From Anaeramoeba ignava BMAN (lineage: Eukaryota; Protista; Anaeramoebae): a DNA stretch of 64,000 nucleotides. This document shows, in pieces, positions 23,783-36,792 of the stretch. The notes under the pieces were generated by a model. That model was not told the origin of the DNA. It was given only the letters and a program-made list of their open reading frames with translations, and searched no databases. The stretch spans positions 62,001 to 126,000 of the forward strand of contig JAPDFW010000044.1 of the NCBI GenBank assembly GCA_028826165.1, read 5' to 3'. Position 1 is the first letter of the stretch, and every line of letters begins with the position of its first letter. Made by a program: the position numbers and the translations under genes.

Positions 23783-26433
23783 TCAAAATTCACACCAATT
23801 TTTATTCAAATAACAACCAAGTGATTTACAAGCCGAACACCAACCATTTGCATTTATATAAAGAGCATAAATTGCACTTCCTGCTCCAATAAATGCTAAA
23901 ACAGCAATTACTCCAACAACTCTTGTTCCTCTTGTTATTTCTGGAATAAAAATAATTCCACAGAAAAATCCAGTAATAAATCCTCCTAAAGATTGAAATT
24001 AAAATTATTTATATTTATATTTATATTTATATTTATATTTATATTTATATTTATATTTATATTTATATTTATAATTATATTTATATTTATATTTATATTT
24101 ATATTTATATTTATATTTATATTTATATTTATATTTATATTTATATTTATATTTATATTTATATTTATATTTATATTTATATTTTTATATTTATATTTAT
24201 ATTTATATTTATATTTATATTTTTATATTTATATTTATATTTATATTTATATTTATATTTATATTTTATATTTATATTTATATTTATATTTATATTTATA
24301 TTTTATATTTATATTTATATTTATATTTATATTTATATTTATATTTATAATTATATTTATATTTATATTTATATTTTTTATATTTATATTTATATTTTAT
24401 ATTTTTATATTTATATTTATATTTATATTTATATTTATATTTATATTTATATTTATATTTTAAATTTATATTTATATTTTATATTTTATTTATATTTATA
24501 TTTATATTTATATTTATGGGGATTTTATATTTTATATTTTATATTTAAATATTTTATATTTTACAAATTTATAATTTTATATTTTTATATTTATATTTTA
24601 TATATTTATATCAATAGAAACCAAAAATATTTATATTTATATTTTATATTTTATATTTTATATTTTATATTTCATATTTTATATTTAAGAATATTTTATA
24701 TTTATATTTATATTTGTATTTTCGATATTTTATACATTTTATATTTATATTTATATTTATATTTATATTTATATTTTATATTTTATATTTATATTTTTAT
24801 ATTTTATATTTATATTTATATTTATATTTATATTTTTTTTATATTTTATATTTTATATTTATATTTTTATTTTATATTTATATTTTTTTATTTTATATTT
24901 ATATTTATATTTATATTTATATTTATATTTATATTTATATTTATATTTATATTTATATTTATATTTATATTTATATTTATATTTATATTTATATTTATAT
25001 TTATATTTATATTTATATTTATATTTATATTTATATTTATATTATTTTAAATATTTATATTTATATTTATATTTATATTTATATTTATATTTATATTTAT
25101 ATTTATATTTAGATTTATATTTTAAATATTTATATTTATATTTATATATTTTAAATATTTATATTTATATTTATATTTATATTTATATTTATATTTATAT
25201 TTATATTTAAATTGAAAGAAATTTACCCAAATTTGCAAAAGAATCGATACCAGGTAAAAGTTCAGTAAAAGCATAAACAACAACAAATACAAACCACCAA
25301 AAGAAACTAGATTTATTACCAACAGGGAATTGTTTCAACTGAACAAACAATACTCCAAAGAAACCAAAAACAGCACCAGAACCACCAACAAATATAATAT
25401 TTGGAACAAAAAATAAACTTGAAACTGCACTTGAAATTCCTGTAATTAAGAATATTAATATAAAAGATATCCAGTTTATTGTATGTAATTGTCGATGAAA
25501 CCACCATAACATTGATGCATCTAATATAAATGTTATGATTCCTGATTCAAGAAAAATAGTTGCAACTAATCGATACCATTGATTATTATCTTTGATTTCT
25601 TCTCCATCTTTTAATTATAATTTTAATTTTAATTTGATTTTAATTTTAATTTTAATTTTAATTTTAATTTTAATTTTAATTTTTAATTTTAATTTTAATT
25701 TTAATATTAATATTAATTTTAATTTTAATTTTAATTTTAATTTTAATTTTAATTTTAATTTTAATTTTATAAATGAATTTGATTTTAATTTTAATTTTTA
25801 TTTTAATATTAATTTTAATTTTAATTTTAATTTTAATTTTAATTTTATAAATGATTTAAATTTTGTAAATGAATTTTATAAATGAATTTTAATTTTGTAA
25901 AAAAAAAATAGAAAGAAACCTTTTGCGCCTAAATCAAGTAAAGTTTGAATTGATGAACCAAAAGCAGTATTATAAGCAGGAGTTTCAAAACCATGATTTT
26001 TAACCAAAGAAGTAATTAAAAGAGCCAAAGAAACTAAAGAAATAAACCAATGAATAGGAAAACGTTTTGGTTCACGTTCATTTTTAACAGAGGAATTATT
26101 TTCAATATCATCAGTATCAACTTCACTATCAATTTCTTCAACGGATTCATCAGATATTTCTGGTTGTTTTTGCATTTCCAAATCACGTGGTAATGTCCTT
26201 GTTCGAAAAGTTGTAAACGTCTTTTTTCTTGTTCCCATTTTTTCATTTTCTTTTTTCTCCTTTTTTTTATCTTTTTTTTTCCCCTTTTTTTTTTTCTTTT
26301 TTTCTTTTTCTTTTTCTGAATTAACTTCACTTTCTGATATTTCTTTTTCTTCTTGAGTTTTGGATTGATTTACAACCCAACGTTCATATTCATCTCCAAA
26401 TTCTTTTTGTGGTAATTCGTTCTCGTTATCCAT
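23783..26433 (-). CDS. Rhomboid-family intramembrane protein, probably catalytically inactive; 3 exons
   Basis: [24 protein letters not shown] (WR motif), VGGSGAVFG (GxS), [17 protein letters not shown], and a Cys-rich end ([12 protein letters not shown]). Confidence 0.85.
24005..25205 (-). repeat. Intronic (TATAAA)n microsatellite, rhomboid intron 2
   Basis: Directly visible. Confidence 0.95.
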
Positions 26434-26604
26434 TTCTTTTTATTTTATTATTTTTTATCTGTTTAATCTTTGAATAAAATTTTGAATAATTTGGTTTATA
26501 AAGTTGAATAATTTAAATTTGAAAAAATTGAAAAAAATGAAATTAAATTTTTTGATTTTTATTTTTAAATTGAACTTTTAACCATTTTTGTTTTTTTTTT
26601 TATT

Positions 26605-26902
26605 CCAAATTTTAATCTAAATTTTAATCTAAATTTTAATATAAATTTTAATCCAAATTTTAATCCAAATTTTAAACCAAATTTTAATATAAATTTTAAT
26701 CTAAATTTTAATCTAAATTTTAATCTAAATTTTAATATAAATTTTAATATAAATTTTAATATAAATTTTAATATAAATTTTAATATAAATTTTAATATAA
26801 ATTTTAATCTAAATTTTAATATAAATTTTAATATAAATTTTAATATAAATTTTAATATAAATTTTAATCCAAATTTTAAACTAAATTTTAAACTAAATTT
26901 TA
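26605..26902. repeat. Intergenic 12-bp tandem repeat (AAATTTTAATMT)n
   Basis: Directly visible between the rhomboid and cystinosin genes. Confidence 0.9.
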
Positions 26903-26978
26903 TTCCACTTTCTAATTAATTTTCATTTAAATTAAATTCTAAAATTAATTAATATAAAAAAAATAGAAAAAAATTTAA

Positions 26979-28649
26979 TCATTTTTCTTTAGAATCTGAA
27001 TTTTGAGAATCAATTTGAATTTCAATTTTTTGTTGATCTGAAATTTTTTCATTTTCATTATTTTCATTTTCATTTTCAATTTTAATTTCATTTTCATTTT
27101 CATTTTCATTTTCATTTTCATTTTCATTTTCATTTTCAATTTTAATTTCATTTTCAATTTTATTTTCATTTTCATTTTCATTTTCAATTTCATTTTCATT
27201 TTCATTTTCATTTTCATTTTCAATTTTTCATTTTAATTTCATTTTGTTTTTGTTCATCTTCAGCACTTTTAATTAATGAACTTCTTTCTTCTTTTTCTTT
27301 ATTTTTGTGACAACAAAAAATTCTTTCCCAAAAACTTCTTTTTTTGTCTGTAATTTTTGTTCGATAAAAAATATAATGTTGCATTAAAAAGTATAAATCA
27401 AATATAATAGATAAAACACCTAATCCAACTTTAGGTAAATTTCCAAGTTTAAAATCAGACCAATTTTCTAAAAAACAAATAAATAAAAAGAAATATTTGA
27501 TTAAATTTTGTTCCACTTTTTTTTAAATATTAAATTAAATTTTGTTCCACTTTTTTTAAAATAATAAATTAAATTTTGTTCCACTTTTTTTTAAATAATA
27601 AATTCTCATTAAAAATATTATTTACTTTTATCAATGCTATCTCTATAATAAGAAAAAAATAGAAAAATAAATATTCAGATTAATAAACTAAGAAAAAAAG
27701 AAAAAATTAATCAAAAAATTACAAACTAATAACAAAAAATAATTTTTAAAATTTAAATAAAATTTAAATAAAATTTAAATAAGAAAAAATAAAAAGTATT
27801 TTTCTGACATCATTTGAAGAATGGAAAGACAACCACCAGTAAAATCAAGAATAACATTCATTATACTCCAACCAATAGTTGATTTTCTTTTATAATTCAT
27901 CCAAGCTTGAGGTGTATATTTAATAATTGTAGCAACAATTTTAATACCACCCAAAAAATTAAGAAAAATCATCCATCCTAATATTTTAGTTAAAGAAAGA
28001 GTTAACATTATTACAATCAAAATCCATTGGAGAATAATTAAAATTATTGCAATTAAAGATAGTTTTTGTTTTCCTCTATTTGATTATTTTAATTGATTAT
28101 TTAATTGATTATTTTATTATTTGATTTGATTATTTGATTGATTTATTTTTACCGATGATAAATAAAACATTGTATTATTTGCCATAGTGTAAGTGATACT
28201 GCAAGTAGTGAAAATACTACATCATTAATTTGAACAGGTCTTGGTGAACCTGGATGATCATCATAATATCTAAATAATTTATTAATTTTTAATTCGAATT
28301 TTAATTTAATTTCGAATTTTAATTGTGATATTGATTGTGAATAAAATACATTGATAAAATATGTTTATTCCAATAAAGAAGTGTATTAAAAATCATATAA
28401 GCAAAATGACCTATTCAATTCCCAATTTTCAATTATCCAATTTATTAAAAATAGTTTCAAATAAATTCCATAAATTGAATAAAAGAAAAAAAAAAAACCT
28501 GTAAAATTATAACCCAAAAATTCGAAACTTAAACCAACAACAGATTTTCTTTCCCAATTTTCAATAATTTGTGGAAAAAAAGAAATTGACCAAGAAATTG
28601 TATATCCAAATCCAATTATTGTTGAAATAATTTCAAGAGTATTTGTCAT
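26979..28649 (-). CDS. CTNS: Cystinosin-like PQ-loop lysosomal transporter without the luminal N-terminal domain; multi-exon including a 17-nt exon (27626-27642); apparent frameshift in the EN-repeat tail
   Basis: SWSISFFPQIIENWERKSVVGLSFEF, PVQINDVVFS, IKYTPQAWMNYKRKSTIGWSIMNVILDFTGG, GNLPKVGLGVLSIIFDLYFLMQHY. Confidence 0.92.
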
Positions 28650-28769
28650 TCTTAAAAATGAAAAAATGAAAAAATGAAAAAATTTTTTTTTAATTTTTAA
28701 AATTTTGATTGAAAAAAAAAAATAATTTTTTTCTAAATTATTTTAATTGTTGTTTTTAAAATTCATTCT

Positions 28770-31700
28770 TTAATTTTTCTTCTTTTGAGAAAATTCTTTT
28801 AAAGAATTTTTAAATTGGTTCAATAATTCATGAAAAATAACAGCTTGTTCATTTTCCTTTTTAGAAAGAGTAGAAATCAAATCAACCAAATTATATTTTT
28901 GGATCATTTGTTTTTGATCACAAGAATTTTGGAATAAAGAATCCAAAACTTTAAGAGCTTTGATTTTGACTTGAATCTAAAAAGAAAGAAAAAAAATAGA
29001 ACATAGAAAAAAGAAAAGAGAAAAAATAAAGAAGAAATATAATTATCAAATAAGATAAAGAAGAGGGAATTAAAGAAATAAACAAATACTTTATAAATCT
29101 TTGAATGATCCAAAAGTTTTGCAATTATTTTTTCAACAAGAGAAGATGAACCGATAATTTCGTTAATTTTCTCACTTGAAATGATGATTGTGAGAAGAGA
29201 TTCCAAGGTAGATTTAAGAATTCTGTTTATTTGATTATCAAATATTGAGATGATTTTTTGGATATTTTGAGGTTGAATCAAAATGGGTTCAACTTTTTCA
29301 CGATCTTTTGAAATTAAAGTTGCAATTAAAGCTAAAGATTCGTTTTGATAATTAGGATTAGCGAGTAAATCCAAGAAGAAATTGACTCCATCGCTTCTTA
29401 TCAGTTCATTTCTTGATAATGCAGTTGCATGTCCTATTCCAAAAAGCATTGGAATTGCAAATTCTTTAAGAACAGAACTTGCTCTTATCATTTTTTGCAA
29501 AATCGGTATTATTCCTTGTAATGCTGCTTCTTGTTGCGTTTCTTGATCGATTTTGCATAAGTAAAATAGTGTGCTTAATGCTTGGCTGTAGATTTCTGTT
29601 GTTGTCGAATTTAAAAATGGTATTAAGATTGGAACTGCTCCACTTTTTTTTATGTTATCCCATGTCTCAGTATTCATCGATATGTTTTTGATTCCGTGGA
29701 GAATTTTGATTTGTACATTTTCAGGAAATTTTCGAATGTTTTGGAAAATAGCTTTTAAATCAAAATTAAAATTAAAATTAAAATTATAATATAAAATTAA
29801 AATTAAAATTAAAATTTAAATTAAAATTAAAATTTAAAATAAAATTAAAATTAAAATTAAAATTAAAATTAAAATTAAAATTAAAATTAAAATTATAATT
29901 AAAATTATTAAAATTATTAATAAAATTAAAATTAAAATTAAAATTAAAATTAAAATTAAAATTAAAATTAAAATTAAAATTAATATTAAAATTAAAATTA
30001 AAATTAAAATTAATATTATAATATAAAATTAAAATTAATATTATAATTAAAATATTTTCTTGTTTTGAATTAAATAGAATAGATACGTTCAAGCACATCT
30101 TTGCTTGACAAAGTTCGTTTTACAATAGTATCAGCATTTGTAAATGTTTGAAATAAATTTGCAGCAGTCAAAAGATATTTTTTAGAATTTAAATCGGAAT
30201 CGTTATTAATATCCTTTAAAACACAAGCCAAACTTGGGAACAAATTAGTTTTTGCAAACAAGCGACAAAAATCATTTTTTGGAGTTGAAGTGATTAATTT
30301 AAAAACTGAATCAATACTTTGAATAACTTCAAAAATAATTTTTTTATTTTCTTGATAATCTGAACTCAATAAATGAGAAAGAATAGGCAATCCTCTACAA
30401 GCAATAAACATTTGAAGTGTCATTGGTGATGTATGACACATTTTGTAAATAAAACTTGATACTTCTTCTCGAATTTCTCTTGAATAATTTGGTGTTGCAA
30501 AAACCATAATTGTTGGGATTCCTCCAATTAAACATAAATTTTCTTGTATTTGACTGTTTCCTTCTATTATCTTGTTCACAATTTTTAATATTATTGGTAA
30601 TATTTTTAGATTCCCAAGTTCAAGCATTTCCATAATTGGTGTTACTCCATGATAAGTGATAAGAAATCCTGTTGAATTCGAATCTTGATCAAAAATATTA
30701 TACTAAAAAGTTGAATTAAATATATTATTTATTTGAATTAAATATATTTATTATTTTAATATTTATTTATTTGAATTAAATATATTTATTATTTGAATTA
30801 AATATATTATTTGAATTAAATATATTTATTATTTGAATTAAATATTTATTATTTGAATTAAATATATTTATTATTTGAATTAAATATATTATTTGAATTA
30901 AATATTTATTAATTGAATATTTATTATTTGAATTAAATATTTATTATTAGAATTAAATATATATTATTTGAATTAAATATATTTATTATTTGAATTAAAT
31001 ATTTATTATTTGAATAAATATTTATTATTTGAATATTTATTATTTGAATTAAATATTTATTATTTTGAATTAAATATATTTATTATTTGAATTAAATATT
31101 TATTATTTGAATTAAATATATTTATTATTTGAATTAAATATATTTATTATTTGAATTAAATATATTTATTATTTGAATTAAATATATTTATTTGAATTAA
31201 ATATTTATTATTTGAATTAAATATTTATTATTTGAATTAAATATATTTATTATTTGAATTAAATATTTATTATTTGAATATTTATTATTTGAATTAAATA
31301 TATTTATTATTTGAATTAAATATATTTATTATTTGAATATTTATTATTTGAATTAAATATATTTATTATTTGAATATTTATTATTTGAATTAAATATATT
31401 TATTATTTGAATTAAATATTTATTATTTGAATTAAATATATTTATTATTTGAATATTTATTATTTAAATATTTATTTGAATTAAATATATTATTTGAATC
31501 AAATATATTTATTATTTGAATTGAATATTTATTTGAATTAAATATTTATTATTTGAATTAAATATTTATTATTTGAATTGAATATTTATTATTTGAATTA
31601 AATATATTATTTGAATTAAATATATTATTTGAATTAAATATATTTATTATTTTAATTAAATATTTATTATTTGAATTAAATATATTTATTATTTGAATTA

Positions 31701-34700
31701 AATATATTATTTGAATTAAATATATTATTTGAATTAAATATAATTATTATTTGAATATTTATTATTTAAATATTTATTATTAGAATTAAATATATTTATT
31801 ATTTAAATTAAATATTATTTATTATTTGAATTAAATATATTATTTTTTTACAAGTTGTTGACATGTATTAATAAGAATATTTTCATCAACTTCTTTTTGA
31901 AGTGTTGATATCAATTTAACTATCTCTTCTGAAGTTCTTAAATTCTTTTTACGAGCATTACTTTTTTGAATATCTAAAATATTTTGATAATAATTTTTTT
32001 TTGAATAAATTTACAAATTTAAATAGAATTCAAATATTTTTTTTTGTTTTCAGACCTGCTTTATCTTCATCAGTATCAAGAATAAGTTCACGATTAACTT
32101 CACTAAATTTTCTTTTTTGAAAATTATTCAGAAGTTTTTCTTCCAGATTAAAAAAGGAATTATCAAAATTTTCATCTGGATCTTCAACAAATTGTTTGAA
32201 TTTATCTTTTCCAATAAACATTTCTGGATTTGAATTAATATTAGGTGGAATATATCTTCGACCTGTTGTAGAAACAGGATCCCAAATAGCATTTTGATTT
32301 GCTGAAATATTTAAATTTTGAAAATTTTGTTGTATTCCTTGTTTTGCTAATTGTTCATCTAATTCTAATTGCTTTATATTTTGTATTTTTAAATTAGGTT
32401 TATCTGGAATTTTTTGATTTTTTTTGAAAAGATCTTCAAAATCTTCATCATCTTCTTTAAATTTCTCAAATTTAGAAAATATATCATTTTGTTTTGAATT
32501 TTGATTTAAAATTTCTTTTGAACTTTGATTTGAATTTTGACTTAAGCTTTCATTTGATTTAAATTTTTCTAAATTTGTTTCTGATTTGTCGCTTTTAAAT
32601 GATAAATCTGATTCAGATTCTGAAAAACTCTCAATTATTGAATCAGATTCTTTTGCATCATCTTTAGATTCATTTGATTTTACAGTTGATTCTTGTGAAT
32701 ATTTGGAAATTCTAAAAAAATTTTTGAAAAGAAAAATATTTTAATATTGATTTTAATTTTAATTTTGATTTTGATTTTGATTTTGATATTAATATTAATT
32801 TTGATTTTTAATTTTAATTTTGATTTTAATTTTAATTTTAATTTTAATTTTAATTTTAATTTTAATTTTAATTTTAATTTTAATTTTAATTTTAATTTTA
32901 ATTTTAATTTTAATTTTAATTTTGATTTTGATAATAATTTTAATTTTAATTTTGATTTTGATTTTGATATTAATATTAATATAAAAGTACTTTTCGTCAT
33001 CTTTATCTTTTCCTTTTTTATTTTTTTTATGAGAATGATGGTGATGATGATGATGTTTTTTCTTATCATGAGGAGTTTTAATATTTTTCAACCAAGAATG
33101 TTGTAATAATTTTTTACTTGAAATCCTCAAATCAGGATTTTTAACAAAACAAAGATTTAAAAAGTCTTGTAATTGAGGAGAAATTCCATCAGGAATAGGA
33201 ACAGAATCATCTTGAATAATTCTATATAAAGCATGTGTTGGTGAAAACTGAAAATAAGGTGGTTCTCCTGTTAGTAATTCAATAATTGTACATCCTACAC
33301 TCCAAATATCACATTTTGTTGTTGGTGGTGAAAGTTCTATTACTTCAGGTGCCACTATTTTATTTTATTTCAATTTTAATTTTGATTTTAATTTTGATTT
33401 TTAATTTTAATTTTAATTTTAATTTTAATTTTAATTTTAATTTTAATTTTAATTTTAATTTTAATTTTAATTTTAATTTTAATTTTAATTTTAATTTTAA
33501 TTTTAATTTTAATTTTAATTTTAATTTTTAATTTACTCCAATATGGTGATCCTAAAAAACTTTGTTGCATTGTTTTTTCTGATAATTGTGTTGCTACTCC
33601 AAAATCTGTTAATTTAATTCCTCCATCTGTTGTTACAAGAATATTAGCACATTTTATATCACGATGAATTACTCCTTTTAATTTTAATTTTAATTTTAAT
33701 TTTAATTTTAATTTTAATTTTGATTTTAATTTTAATATTAATTTTGATTTTAATTTTGATTTTAATTTTGATTTTGATTTTGATTTTGATTTTGATTTTA
33801 ATTTTAATTTTAATATTAATATTAATTTTAATTTTGATTTTGATTTTGATTTTGATTTTAATTATAATTTAAATTTTAATATTAATTTTGATTTTAATTT
33901 TGATTTTAATTTTAATTTTAATTTTAATTTTTACCTTGCTTATGTAAATAAACAAGACCCTTTAATGTTTGATAAATATATCTTTTTGTAACATTTTCAG
34001 AGAATGTTCCAAATTTTTTCATTATAGTATATAAACTTCCATTTTCAACATATTCGAGAATAATATTTAAATGTTCAGTTGTTTTTGTAAAACCAAGATA
34101 TTTTATAATGTATTTATTGTGTAATTTTTGAAGAAGTTCAATTTCTCTCATCGCAGTTTTTAATTCATTTTTTGGAATTCTACTTAATGCAATTTGTTTT
34201 ATTGCTACAAAATTTCCTGTTTCTGTATTCATTCCTTTGTAAACAATTCCAAATTGACCTCTTCCAATTTCATCTCCAATTTGCTATTAATTAAATTATA
34301 TTTTATTAATAAATTATATTTTGTAAATAAATTATATTTTATAAATAAATTATATTTTGTAATTAAATTATATTTTGATAAATAAATTATATTTTATAAT
34401 TAAATTATATTTTATAATTAAATTATATTTTGTAATTAAATTATATTTTGTAAATAAATTATATTTTATAATTAAATTATATTTTATAATTAAATTATAT
34501 TTTGTAATTAAATTATATTTTATAAATAAATTATATTTTATAAGTAAATTATATTTTGTAATTAAATTATATTTTATAAATAAATTATATTTTATAAGTA
34601 AATTATATTTTATAATTAAATTATATTTTATAAGTAAATTATATTTTATAATTAAATTATATTTTGTAAATAAATTATATTTTGTAATTAAATTATATTT

Positions 34701-36495
34701 TATAAGTAAATTATATTTTGTAAGTAAATTATATTTTGTAAATAAATCATATTTTATAATTAAATTATATTTTATAATTAAATTATATTTTGTAAATAAA
34801 TTATATTTTTATAAGTAAATTATATTTTATAAGTAAATTATATTTTATAAGTAAATTATATTTTGTAATTAAATTATATTTTATAAATAAATTATATTTT
34901 GTAAGTAAATTTGTGTTTTGTAATTAAATTATATTTTATAAATAAATTATATTTTATAATTAAATTATATTTTGTAAATAAATTATATTTTGTAATTAAA
35001 TTATATTTTGTAATTAAATTATATTTTTGTAAATAAATTATATTTTGTAAGTAAATTATATTTTATAATTAAATTATATTTTGTAATTAAATTATATTTT
35101 ATAATTAAATTATATTTTATAATTAAATTATATTTTATAAATAAATTATATTTTATAATTAAATTATATATTTGTATTTAAATTATATTTTATAATTAAT
35201 TTATATTTTGTAATTAAATTATATTTTGTAATTAAATTATATTTTATAAATAAATTATATTTTATAAATAAATTATATTTTATAAATAAATTATATTTTA
35301 TAAATAAATTATATTTTATAATAAATTATATTTTATTAAATATATTTTTTAAATTATATTTTTATTAAATTATATTTTATAATAAATTATAATAAATAAA
35401 TTATATTTTGTAAATAAATTATATTTTGTAATTAAATTATATTTTGTAAATAAATTATATTTTGTAATTAAATTATATTTTGTAAATAAATTTGTGTTTG
35501 ATAAGGGAGTAAATTTGTGTTTTGTAATTAAATTATATTTTATAATTAAATTATATTTTGTAATTAAATTATATTTTATAAGTAAATTATATTTTATAAT
35601 TAAATTATATTTTATAAGTAAATTATATTTTATAATTAAATTATATTTTATAATTAAATTATATTTTATAATTAAATTATATTTTATAATTAAATTATAT
35701 TTTATAATTAAATTATATTTTTATAATTAAATTATATTTTATAATTAAATTATATTTTATAAATAAATTATATTTTATAATTAAATTATATTTTATAAGT
35801 AAATTATATTTTTATAATTAAATTATATTTTATAATTAAATTATATTTTGTAAATAAATTATATTTTATAAGTAAATTATATTTTGTAAGTAAATTATAT
35901 TTTGTAATTAAATTATATTTTATAATTAAATTATATTTTATAATTAAATTATATTTTGTAATTAAATTATATTTGATAATTAAATTATATTTTATAAATA
36001 AATTATATTTTATAATTAAATTATATTTTATAAGTAAATTATATTTTATAAATAAATTATATTTTTAAATAAATTATATTTTATAATTAAATTATATTTT
36101 ATAATTAAATTATATTTTATAATTAAATTATATTTTATAATTAAATTATATTTTGTAAATAAATTATATTTTATAATTAAATTATATATTTTTGTAATTA
36201 AATTATATTTTGTAAATAAATTATATTTTGTAATTAAATTATATTTTATAAATAAATTATATTTTGTAATTAAATTATATTTTATAAATAAATTATATTT
36301 TGTAAATAAATTATATTTTATAAATAAATTATATTTTATAATTAAATTATATTTTGTAATTAAATTATATTTTATAATTAAATTATATTTTGTAAATAAA
36401 TTATATTTGATAAATAAATTATAGTTTGTAAGTAAATTTGTGTTTTGATTGCGTTTTACATAAGTTCCACGATTTTTTTTATTTTTTTTAGACAT
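28770..36495 (-). CDS. sepA: Septation-initiation-type Ser/Thr kinase (SepA / S. pombe Cdc7 / Cdc15 / MAP3K-epsilon family) with C-terminal ARM repeats; multi-exon
   Basis: Exon 1 (36460-36495) spliced to [21 protein letters not shown]; [35 protein letters not shown]; C-terminal [37 protein letters not shown]. Confidence 0.88.
30710..31845 (-). repeat. Intronic ~20-22-bp minisatellite (TTTGAATTAAATATATTTATTA on +)
   Basis: Directly visible within kinase intron 30703-31851. Confidence 0.92.
34290..36425 (-). repeat. Intronic 18-bp minisatellite (TAAATTATATTTTRTAAD on +), kinase intron 1
   Basis: Directly visible within intron 34284-36459; it generates the spurious KLYFII ORFs. Confidence 0.95.
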
Positions 36496-36792
36496 TTATA
36501 AAAGAAATTTATAAAAGAAAAGTTAAAAAGAAAATTAAAAAAGAAAATTAAAAAATGAAAAAATGAAAAAAAAAATGAAATTGGAATTTTTAAATTAATT
36601 AAAATTTTTTTTTTAAATTAGATTTTAATTTAAATTATGAGTCATTTTGATCATTTTTCTTTTTTGATTTTAATTTAAAATTTTTTTTTTTTCAACTTTT
36701 AATTTTCATTTTTTTTTTTTTCAATAAATAAAAATTTTTTCTTTTTTTTTTAATCTTTTTTGAAAAGGATTTTTAATAAAATAAAAACAAAA
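36496..36792. promoter_or_regulatory. Probable bidirectional promoter (kinase / exportin-6), 297 bp
   Basis: Head-to-head ATGs with strand-specific TTTTCATTTT motifs. Confidence 0.6.

Noticed and set aside
27505-27600. Three copies of AAATTTTGTTCCACTTTTTTT in a cystinosin intron, with a similar string at 60767-60788
   Set aside because: A short local tandem duplication. The two loci are in opposite orientation relative to their genes, which is too little to call a regulatory element or snoRNA.
34194-36495. KLYFII / KYNLII repeat ORFs, and a CRISPR-like or mobile-element reading of the 18-bp array
   Set aside because: The units are head-to-tail with no unique spacers, terminal repeats or transposase. 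The array lies inside kinase intron 1 of a eukaryotic gene.
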